From positions 1 through 20,849 of the forward strand of contig JBNJGP010000047.1 in NCBI GenBank assembly GCA_051747805.1: 20,849 nt of DNA, in the 5' to 3' direction. Both the position numbers and the translations under genes were made by a program. This stretch comes from Candidatus Muiribacteriota bacterium. GTDB lineage: Bacteria > Muiribacteriota > Muiribacteriia > Muiribacteriales > Muiribacteriaceae. Positions 9,541-18,000 of the stretch are shown here, piece by piece (positions within the stretch are counted from its first letter, which is position 1; each line of letters begins with the position of its first letter). The notes below the pieces were generated by a model. That model worked only from the letters and a program-made list of their open reading frames with translations. It had not been told where the DNA came from and made no database searches.

Positions 9541-11250
9541 ATGAAAATAAAAAAAGATTATATTGACAAATTAATAGATAGTATAAGTATTATTGAACTT
9601 ATCGGTGATTACGTTAACTTAAAAAAATCAGGTAAAAACTATTCTGGATTATGTCCTTTTCATAATGAAGATACTCCCTCATTTTTTGTGGACGCACAAA
9701 AAAAATTATTTCATTGTTTTGGATGTAAAAAGTCCGGAAATATAATTCATTTTATTGAGTTTAAAGAAAATTACAGTTTTGTGGAGGCAGTGGAATTTTT
9801 ATCGCTTAAATATAATTTGCCTGTTGAGTATGAAGAGGGAGGCGGTAGGGATTTTAATAAATATTCTCATTATTATGAAGTGATGAAAAAGGCCTGTGAA
9901 ATTTTCAGGAATAATTTTTTAAAAAACAGGCAGGCGTTAAACTATTTAAAAAGCAGAAAAATTTCTAAAGAGACAATTGAAAAATTTTATATTGGATATT
10001 CTGATGGTAATTTGGCTTCTTATTTTGCAGAAAAAGAAAAGGAATATCTCGTAGAAACTGGAGTTTTGAAAAAAGGGGAAAAAGGGTTTTATGAGGTTTT
10101 TTCTAAAAGAATTATATTTCCTTTTTTTGATATTTATCAAAAAGTGGTTGGTTTTGCCGGAAGGGCTTTAAAAGAAGATGAGAAAATTAAATATTTAAAC
10201 TCAAAAAATAGTATTCTCTACGATAAAAGTAAGTTTCTTTACGGATTAAATATTGCAAAAAAAGAAGTTCCACAAAAAGATTTTATAATTATCTGTGAGG
10301 GATACTTTGATGCAATGCGGCTTCATGATGCTGGTTTTTTTAATACAATAGCTACCTGTGGAACTAAAATAAGTCCCTATCAGTTTAAGATAATTCAAAC
10401 TCTAACAAAAAATGTGATTCTAATGTATGATTCTGATTCAGCCGGTAAAGAGGCCAGCTTTAATATTGCGCTTCAAAGTGCAGGAAAAGACCTTAATTTA
10501 AGAGTCGCCTCGTTGCCGGAAAATTCTGATCCGGACAGTTATTTTGTTGATAAATCCGGGTCCGACCTTATGTATATAATCAAAAACTCAATTTTTTATG
10601 CTGATTTTGTGCTTGAAAAGTACAATAAAAATATTGGAGATATTTATTTAAGGGGAAAAAATTTCGAACTTGCATCAGACTTTATACAGAGTATTAAAAA
10701 TCCTGTAGTTAAAAATAAATATATGGATAAAATTGAAAAAATATTTGGGGCAAAACCTCAGAAAAAAAAGTTTAAAAAAAATTTTTATTCAACACCCTCA
10801 AAAGACCCTTTAAAAAAGAAAAAAGAGCCTGAAAAATTAAATATTTATGTAAAAAAACTGCTTCAAATTATTATTTCAGAAAAAAAAGCACTTGATTTAA
10901 TCTTTAAAAAATATTACAAACGTATTGACGATTTAAATTTAAAGAATATAATATTTAATCTCTATAACAGAAAAAGTATTGCAGAAATTATTAATATGGA
11001 AATTCCTGAAAGTTATAAAAAAGTTATCACCGATCTGGAATTTAATAAAAATAATAAAACCGAGCTTGAAGAAGTTGAAAGCGAAATTGAGCATATTTTT
11101 AACCTTATAAAAAGGGATAAAATACTGGAAAAAATTAAACATGTTGAAAGTCTTCTTAATTTAGAAGATAATGACGATAAATTAAATGAAAAGTTAACAA
11201 ATGATTATATGAAACTTATTATGGAATATAAAAAAATGACAGAGGAGTAA
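9541..11250 (+). CDS. dnaG: DNA primase
   Basis: CHC2 zinc finger [11 protein letters not shown]...CFGC; GFAGR, KYLNS; TOPRIM CEGYFD, YDSDSAG, DPD. Confidence 0.96.
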   Translation: MKIKKDYIDKLIDSISIIELIGDYVNLKKSGKNYSGLCPFHNEDTPSFFVDAQKKLFHCFGCKKSGNIIHFIEFKENYSFVEAVEFLSLKYNLPVEYEEGGGRDFNKYSHYYEVMKKACEIFRNNFLKNRQALNYLKSRKISKETIEKFYIGYSDGNLASYFAEKEKEYLVETGVLKKGEKGFYEVFSKRIIFPFFDIYQKVVGFAGRALKEDEKIKYLNSKNSILYDKSKFLYGLNIAKKEVPQKDFIIICEGYFDAMRLHDAGFFNTIATCGTKISPYQFKIIQTLTKNVILMYDSDSAGKEASFNIALQSAGKDLNLRVASLPENSDPDSYFVDKSGSDLMYIIKNSIFYADFVLEKYNKNIGDIYLRGKNFELASDFIQSIKNPVVKNKYMDKIEKIFGAKPQKKKFKKNFYSTPSKDPLKKKKEPEKLNIYVKKLLQIIISEKKALDLIFKKYYKRIDDLNLKNIIFNLYNRKSIAEIINMEIPESYKKVITDLEFNKNNKTELEEVESEIEHIFNLIKRDKILEKIKHVESLLNLEDNDDKLNEKLTNDYMKLIMEYKKMTEE

Positions 11251-11255
11251 TTACG

Positions 11256-12389
11256 GTGTCAGATATTAATTATGAACTTCTAAAAAAATATATAGACAAA
11301 GGAAAAGATAAAAAAGGAACAAAGGGAAAGAAAAAAACTAAAAAAGGAAAACCAGAAACTGTTAAAATTGATATAAATGAGATTGGTAGTGATATTTCCG
11401 AAGATGAACTTCCTGGAGAAGAAGAACTTCTGATTGATTCAGATTATATAGAAAATATTGACGACGACTCAGATAATAAAAATGAAGAAATTGATTTAGA
11501 CAAGAAATTTGAAAAAAATATTTCAAAAGCTAAAAGTAAAGCTCCAGAAATAGATATTAGAAGTCTTGACGCTGTAAAAATGTATTTAAAAGGTATTGGA
11601 CTTGCTCCTCTTCTAACTGCTGAAGAAGAAGTTGAACTTGCCAAACGAATTGAAAAGGGCGATAAAACCGCCGAAAAGAAGTTAATTGAGGCCAACTTGA
11701 GATTAGTCGTAAGTGTGGCAAAAAGATATACTAAAAGAGGCCTTCTTTTTCTTGACCTTATTCAGGAAGGTAATCAGGGGCTTATTCGGGCCGTAAAGAA
11801 ATTTAAATATAAAAAAGGTTTTAAATTTTCCACCTATGCAATATGGTGGATAAGACAGGCTATAACCAGGTCTATAGCAGATCAGGCAAGAACCGTCCGT
11901 ATTCCAGTTCACATGGTGGAAATAATAAACCGTATTAGAAAAATATCAAAAAATCTCACTCAAGACCTGGGAAGAGAACCAACAACTGAAGAAATTGCAG
12001 AAGCTGCAAGGATTCCTGAATTCAAAGTGAAAAACATATTAAAAATTTCAATGGAACCGGTGTCCCTTGAAACACCTGTCGGAGAAGAAGATGATTCCCA
12101 TCTCGGGGATTTTGTTTCTGATAAAAATGCGATTTCGCCGGATTTTGCAGCCTTTAAAACTCTGCTTAAAGAGCAGATAGACAATGTTTTAGAAACTCTT
12201 ACCGAGAGAGAGGCAAAAGTAATAAAATACAGATTCGGCCTTAATGATGGTTGCCCCAGAACACTTGAAGAAGTGGGACAGATATTCGGTGTTACAAGAG
12301 AGAGAATTAGACAGATTGAGGCAAAAGCACTTCGTAAATTGAGGCATCCAAGCAGAAGCAAAAAGCTTAAAGAATTTTATATGGATTAA
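11256..12389 (+). CDS. rpoD: RNA polymerase primary sigma factor (GTG start)
   Basis: Region 1.2 DAVKMYLK; region 2 [34 protein letters not shown]; region 4 TLEEVG...[21 protein letters not shown]; follows dnaG; RBS GAGGAG. Confidence 0.96.
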   Translation: MSDINYELLKKYIDKGKDKKGTKGKKKTKKGKPETVKIDINEIGSDISEDELPGEEELLIDSDYIENIDDDSDNKNEEIDLDKKFEKNISKAKSKAPEIDIRSLDAVKMYLKGIGLAPLLTAEEEVELAKRIEKGDKTAEKKLIEANLRLVVSVAKRYTKRGLLFLDLIQEGNQGLIRAVKKFKYKKGFKFSTYAIWWIRQAITRSIADQARTVRIPVHMVEIINRIRKISKNLTQDLGREPTTEEIAEAARIPEFKVKNILKISMEPVSLETPVGEEDDSHLGDFVSDKNAISPDFAAFKTLLKEQIDNVLETLTEREAKVIKYRFGLNDGCPRTLEEVGQIFGVTRERIRQIEAKALRKLRHPSRSKKLKEFYMD

Positions 12390-12391
12390 TT

Positions 12392-13195
12392 CTAACTTAT
12401 CAGGGCAGAAATCAGCCCAAAAGTTTTAGAAAAAATACCCTGTTTTTCATTTGTTTTATAGAGCTCTGAGTTTATTGAAATTTTTTGAAGGTCGTATCTG
12501 AAATCATCGATTAAATTATTCTGTTTTAAAACATTTAATATTTTTTCCTTATCTTTTTCGTTTAAAATCTCAGTGTTTAAGGAGTAAATTAAGTTTCTTA
12601 AAACAAAAATTTCATTTGTTTTTTCTAAAGTTGAAATAACTAGTTCTTTTTTGCCCTCAAAAGTTTTATTTTTCACCTCAAAACTAAATTTAACAGGATC
12701 TGAGGTAGAAATTGAGAAGCTGTTATGCTGTTCTGATTTTTCCTCAGTTTCCGGATTATGTACAGGTGCTTTTTCAGAATCAATTTCTTTTTCATATGTT
12801 TTAAAAGAGTTCAGTATTTTTTTTATTTCAAAATTTTTTTCATAAAGAAGAATATCTTCAAATAAATCCGGGTAAATTGAAAAAAAATTATTATTAATTA
12901 TAAAGTTTAAGGCCTTAAACTTAAAATTCAAAGCGCCATTAAACATTTCTTCTAAAATCAGGAAATAATAATCACTTTCGTTTCGTTTACAGATAATTTC
13001 AAAAGCAGCCTCTCTGATTTTTAAGTTCTCAACCGAACTGTATATTTCATAAATAGTTTTTGAATCCGCCTCATCAAGTATTGTTATGAGAACTTCAAGA
13101 TAATTGTCTGAAATAATTTCATTTGAATATAAAAAAAATTTTTCGTTTATATTTTTTAATAAATTGTTATCAATATAACTCAAATCAATAATCAT
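12392..13195 (-). CDS. Hypothetical helical protein (possibly HEAT/ARM-like N-terminal half)
   Basis: Long ORF convergent with rpoD; start set at ATG 13195 behind RBS AAGGGAG; ENLKIREAAFEII is weakly HEAT-like. Confidence 0.65.
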   Translation of the reverse strand: MIIDLSYIDNNLLKNINEKFFLYSNEIISDNYLEVLITILDEADSKTIYEIYSSVENLKIREAAFEIICKRNESDYYFLILEEMFNGALNFKFKALNFIINNNFFSIYPDLFEDILLYEKNFEIKKILNSFKTYEKEIDSEKAPVHNPETEEKSEQHNSFSISTSDPVKFSFEVKNKTFEGKKELVISTLEKTNEIFVLRNLIYSLNTEILNEKDKEKILNVLKQNNLIDDFRYDLQKISINSELYKTNEKQGIFSKTFGLISALIS

Positions 13196-13255
13196 AGATG
13201 CTCCCTTCAAAGTAAAAACTACTTTTTTCCTGTATTTTAATTATCGGTTTTTTTA

Positions 13256-13284
13256 TTGATTAATGTTAAATTTATTGATAAAAT
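13256..13284 (+). promoter_or_regulatory. Sigma70-type promoter with extended -10 for the Hint-like gene
   Basis: TTGATT (13256-13261), 17-bp spacer, TG-n-TAAAAT (13276-13284); RBS GGGAGGA before ATG 13319. AT-rich context lowers specificity. Confidence 0.6.
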
Positions 13285-13318
13285 AATAATTCATCCAAAT
13301 AAATCGGGAGGATGTTAA

Positions 13319-14380
13319 ATGTCTGACAAACACGAAGGATTACTGGCGGGAAATGATATTCTGACGCCAGATGGATATATTGATATAGCAGAATTAAAAG
13401 AAAAAGATAAGGTTGTATGTTCTTCGGGCTGGGGAAATATTTCTACTTCAAAAATAAAAAAATTAAAAAAAGAAAAATACAAGGGACCTGTTGTTGAAAT
13501 TTCGTCTGAAGGCAAAAAAAAGGTGAAAGTTCTGCCTAAACAGGTTTGTTTTTCAAAATTTGATTTTTCAAGTAATGCTTATTATATTGTTTTGATTCTT
13601 AGAAATGGTAAAGGCTGGCGGGTAGGACTGGAAACAGATATGCGCGGAATGAACAAGCATCAGCTTAATTACGACGATAAATACTGGGTTCTTGATATTA
13701 CCTATGATGAATCCGAGGCTATTTTTTTTCAACACCTTTATTCTTATAGATTTGGATTGCCAATGGTTAATTTTGAATCAAAATTCGATAAATTCAACTT
13801 TTCGCCGGAACATATTGAAAGAGTTTATGAAATTATTAATACTAAAGAGCGTGCAGATATGCTTTTTGAAGAGCTGGGTATGTACGATGACTATCCTTAT
13901 TATATTGCACCGAATAAAAAATTCGGCACAAAACTTCTTACAATAATAATGTTTGGCAACAAAGATAAAAGAGAAGATGACCAGTGGAATCCACATCGTA
14001 TATTTGTGAATGTCGATCATAATAAAATTTCTTTTGGAAAAACAAGCATAACTGACCCGGGAGTTAAAAGTGCCTGGAATATTAATACTGTAAGAAAAGA
14101 TTATGATGAACTTAACAACTTTGCAAACGTACTGGCAGGATTTGAGGAGCTTGAAATAATCAGACGTTCGCAACTGACGTCCGGTAATCCATTTTTTTAT
14201 TTTCCAGCCACACATATTAAAAAATCAATGCTTTTTCCTGTTTATAATAAAAAAGAAAAAAAAGTGTATGAAAAACAAGTTGAAAAAGTAAAAATTTCAG
14301 ATTATGATGGAGATATATATCATATAGAAGTTGAAAATTTAAGAAATTTAATAGCAAATGATGTTATAATATACTGTTAA
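13319..14380 (+). CDS. Free-standing degenerate intein-like (Hint-fold) protein with inserted GIY-YIG-like domain
   Basis: Block A-like GLLAGNDILTPDGYIDIAELKEKDKVV; block B-like VVEISSEGKKKVKVLPKQ; block F/G-like YDGDIYHIEVENLRNLIANDVIIYC-stop; insert YYIVLILRNGKGWRVG...ESEAIFFQ. No exteins. Confidence 0.8.
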   Translation: MSDKHEGLLAGNDILTPDGYIDIAELKEKDKVVCSSGWGNISTSKIKKLKKEKYKGPVVEISSEGKKKVKVLPKQVCFSKFDFSSNAYYIVLILRNGKGWRVGLETDMRGMNKHQLNYDDKYWVLDITYDESEAIFFQHLYSYRFGLPMVNFESKFDKFNFSPEHIERVYEIINTKERADMLFEELGMYDDYPYYIAPNKKFGTKLLTIIMFGNKDKREDDQWNPHRIFVNVDHNKISFGKTSITDPGVKSAWNINTVRKDYDELNNFANVLAGFEELEIIRRSQLTSGNPFFYFPATHIKKSMLFPVYNKKEKKVYEKQVEKVKISDYDGDIYHIEVENLRNLIANDVIIYC

Positions 14381-14381
14381 A

Positions 14382-14680
14382 TTATAAATTTGAGATTAGC
14401 AAATTTTTTTAAAAGGCTTTTGTGGTTAGGCTTACATAAAAGTAAAAAGCTTTCAGCTTAGTAAAATCACCTAAAGGTGATAGTAAAGTTATCTATCGAT
14501 AACAGTAAATGGTCTTCGACCAAGAAACAGTGTGAGAACTGCTGTCAGCTTAAGCTGACTTTACTGTCGATGATAATCGACTTTACTCGACCATTAGTCG
14601 TTTACTGTTGACTTTAGTCAACTTTACTGTTTTATAATTGCCTACAGAAATTTCTATTTTTTGCTAAACTCAAGTTATAA
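14382..14680. ncRNA. Highly structured non-coding element (candidate ncRNA or foldback DNA element): ladder of four 4-way junctions within terminal inverted repeats
   Basis: AGTAAA at 14441, 14460, 14482, 14504, each followed by a hairpin; central CAGT-gtgaga-ACTG; hairpins followed by TTTACT at 14560, 14582, 14601, 14623; outer arms TTATAAATTTGAGATTAGCAAA / TTTGCTAAACTCAAGTTATAA. Structure is directly visible; RNA status is inference. Confidence 0.7.
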
Positions 14681-14701
14681 ATATATAGTTCTTGAGAGGG
14701 C

Positions 14702-15010
14702 ATGATGGAAATAAACATAAATAAAAATGAAGAGGCGGAAGAAATTCGTTTTTTAATTGAAGGGGATGTAACAATAAATAACATTGACGAATTAACCTCT
14801 TCAATAGAAAAAAATATAACTTCAAATTTAGATTTTATACTTGATTTTGAAAAAGTTACCTATATTGATTCAGCTGGTATTGGCGGACTTGTTGCTAAGT
14901 TGAAAGAAATTTTCAATGCAGGCGGCACATTAAAAATAATAAATACTCCAAAAAAAATTTTAAGGATGTTTCAACTCACAAAACTTGACAAATTCTTTGA
15001 AATTTACTGA
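14702..15010 (+). CDS. STAS-domain anti-sigma factor antagonist (SpoIIAA/RsbV family)
   Basis: IEGDV, LDFEKVTYIDSAGIGGLV with the phosphorylatable Ser, FQLTKLD; RBS GAGAGGG. Confidence 0.9.
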   Translation: MMEININKNEEAEEIRFLIEGDVTINNIDELTSSIEKNITSNLDFILDFEKVTYIDSAGIGGLVAKLKEIFNAGGTLKIINTPKKILRMFQLTKLDKFFEIY

Positions 15011-15023
15011 ATGAGAGGGTTAC

Positions 15024-18000
15024 ATGTCAGAATTTAAAATAGAGCTTGAAGATGACCATTTACGTGAACTTGCCGGAAGTTTTTACCCACTTATAAAAAA
15101 ACATTCTATATATGTAAGTGAGCCTGAATGTAATGTCAATATTTATTTCTACTCAGATAAAAATAATCTTGATAAAATAGACAAAGAGCAGATTTGTAAT
15201 AATTTCTGTAAATTTTTCCCCGAATCAAAAGATAAAGTTAAAATTTCTGTTAAACCTCATAAAGACGAAAAATCCAACAAAATAAAAGATTCCTCCTCTA
15301 TGAAAAATAATATATTAAATAAAATTTCAAATATAAACGGAAGAACAAAGTTTTTTAAAAAATTTGTCAAAGAAGTAAATGTTTTAGAGGATGAGGTTAG
15401 AATTTCAATATACAAAAACTATTATAATATTATACGTGGTTTTTCAGAAGAAATATCGAGAGTAGTTAATCTAGAAATGAAAAAAATAAACAGCAGCCTA
15501 AATTATAAAGTAAAATTTAATTATTGTGAGTTAGATATTCCACAAGTGGATAATTCAAAACCTGAAATATTAATACAGAAAAAGAAACCAGTAAAAAAAG
15601 AAGTTAAAAAAGATAAAGTTTATGCGGGAAGGTGGAGAAAGAACAGAAACTATATAAGATGTAATATAAACAGAGCACAAATTGATGACTGCGTTGAAAT
15701 TTCTGCAAAGGTAATTGATTATGAGGATATTATTCCAATAAGAAATAATAAATTTATTCACTCATGTGTTGTAGTTGACAGCACGCAGTCAATTTATGTA
15801 AAGGCTTTTCTGAAAGAGGAAAAAAAATTATTTAAAACTGGAGATTTTTTAAAGTTTAAGGGTAGAATTTCCTATGATAAATTTTTACAGGAAAATATTT
15901 TAATTCTTGATACTTTTGAAGAAGACGTACCAGTTTTCAGAAAAGATACCTGCGAAAACAAAAGGGTAGAGCTTCATCTGCATACGAAAATGTCAATGGA
16001 CGATGCAACCTCGGGGATAAACGAGGTTGTTGAAATGGCTGCAAGATGGGGGCATAAAGCGCTTGCAATTACTGACCATGGTGTTGTACAAGGGTTTCCC
16101 AGTTTTTATGCTTCCTGTAAAAAAAATAATATAAAACCACTTCTTGGAATGGAAGGTTATTTATTTGCCGCAGAAAAAGAAAAATACAATGATAAAAAAT
16201 ATAAAAATAAAACCCATCATATAATTATTATAGCTGCAAATGAAACAGGAAGAAAAAATCTCTATAAATTAGTTTCATATTCTCATCTTTATTATTTTTA
16301 CTATAAACCGCTTATTCCCCTGGAGTTGCTTCAAAAATACAGGGAAGGTCTTGTTTTAGGTTCTGCCTGCGAAAGAGGGGAAGTTTTTCAGGCATTACTT
16401 AACAAAAAGAAAGATAAAGAAGTGGCTGAAATTGTCAGAAGATATGATTTTCTTGAAATCCAACCATTAACAAACAACTTTTTTATGATAAAAAAAGGTA
16501 TTGTGAACACAAAAGAAGACCTTAAAAAACTGAATCAGGAAATAGTAAAACTTGGTCAGAAATATAATAAGCCGGTTGTTGCAACTTGTGACAGCCATTT
16601 TATAGAACCAGCCGATGCTGAATACAGAAAAGTTTTACAGGCTTTTAAAGGGTTTGATGATTTTATGAATCAGCCGGGCCTTTATTTAAGAACAACTGAT
16701 GAAATGTTAGAGGAGTTCAGTTATTTAGGCGAAGATAAAGCCTATGAAGTTGTTGTTGAAAATAGTTTAAAAGTTGCCGATATGATTGAAGAATTCAAAC
16801 CTATACCGGATGGATTTTATCCGCCCACAATTGAAGATGCCGAAGAAAAACTTATAAATATGGTTTATTCAAATGCTGAAAAAATTTATGGAAATCCCAT
16901 CCCGGAAGTTGTTAAAAACAGACTGGAAATTGAACTTGATTCAATAGTCAAATATAAATTTTCAACCTTATTTTATTTAGCTCATCTTCTTGTTAAACAG
17001 TCACTGCAGGATGGATATCTTGTTGGCTCAAGAGGTTCTGTGGGTTCTTCGGCAGTTGCAAGGTTCTCAAATATTACTGAAGTTAATCCCCTGCCACCGC
17101 ATTATGTATGCTCAAACTGTAAATATTCTGAGTTTTTTACAGATATTGATATTGTGGGAGTTGATTTAGATTCCAGAAATTGTCCAGAATGTAATCACGA
17201 ACTTAAAAAAGATGGTTTTAACATTCCTTTTCAGGTATTTATGGGGTTTTCCGGGGATAAAGTACCTGATATTGACTTGAACTTTTCAGGTGAATATCAG
17301 TCTATAATTCATAAGTGGGTTGAGGAATATTTTGGCAGCTCTCATACCTATAAAGCGGGAACTATTTCTGGATTAAAAGCAGGTCAGGGGAAAATGTACT
17401 TGAAAAAATATGTAGAAAAAATTTCAGGTGACGAGGAAAATGCTTCAGATTTAAAGAAAAGTGAAGAAAAACGTATTATTAAAGGTATAGAGGGAGTAAA
17501 AAAAACAACAGGACAGCATCCCGGCGGTGTTATTGTAGTACCACGAGATAAAGAAATATATGATTTTTCACCAGTAAACTTTCCGGCAAATAAAAAAAAC
17601 AGCGGTGTTACAACCACTCACTTTGACTACCATGTTATGGATTCACAGCTTGTTAAACTTGATATGTTAGGTCATGATGACCCTACAATTATTAAGCATC
17701 TTCAGAAGCTGACAGGCGTTAATATAAATGATATTCCGCTTGACGATAAAGAGACCATGAAGCTTTTTACCGAGGTCAACTCGAATGCCATACCTGAGTT
17801 TGGAACTAATTTTGTTAAAAGAATGCTTGAAGATACTAACCCAACAAAGTTTACTGAGCTTATTAGAATTTCGGGGCTGTCTCATGGAACTGATGTATGG
17901 ACAAATAACGCCCAGGATTTGATAAGAGAGAATAAGGCAGACCTGGAAAACGTTATTTCGGTTCGTGATGACATAATGAACTTTTTAATAAATAAAGGGC

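Noticed and set aside
11444..12361. Three antisense ORFs inside rpoD
   Set aside because: Codon-bias shadows of a highly conserved gene.
13315..14215. Short alternative-frame and antisense ORFs overlapping the Hint-like gene
   Set aside because: No motifs or convincing RBS; fully nested in a longer, better supported ORF.
13319..14380. Active intein or split intein belonging to polC/dnaG
   Set aside because: No extein sequence at either end, catalytic residues are substituted, and the neighbouring polC and dnaG are uninterrupted.
14441..14628. CRISPR array interpretation of the periodic repeats
   Set aside because: The constant unit is only 6 nt, the variable units are 13-16 nt palindromes, orientation flips at the centre, and there are no cas genes in the window.
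14382..14680. tRNA, 6S, SRP or tmRNA interpretation
   Set aside because: No T-loop/CCA cloverleaf, no SRP domain IV motif and no tag ORF; the multi-branched pattern is unlike the 6S rod. Judged by eye only.
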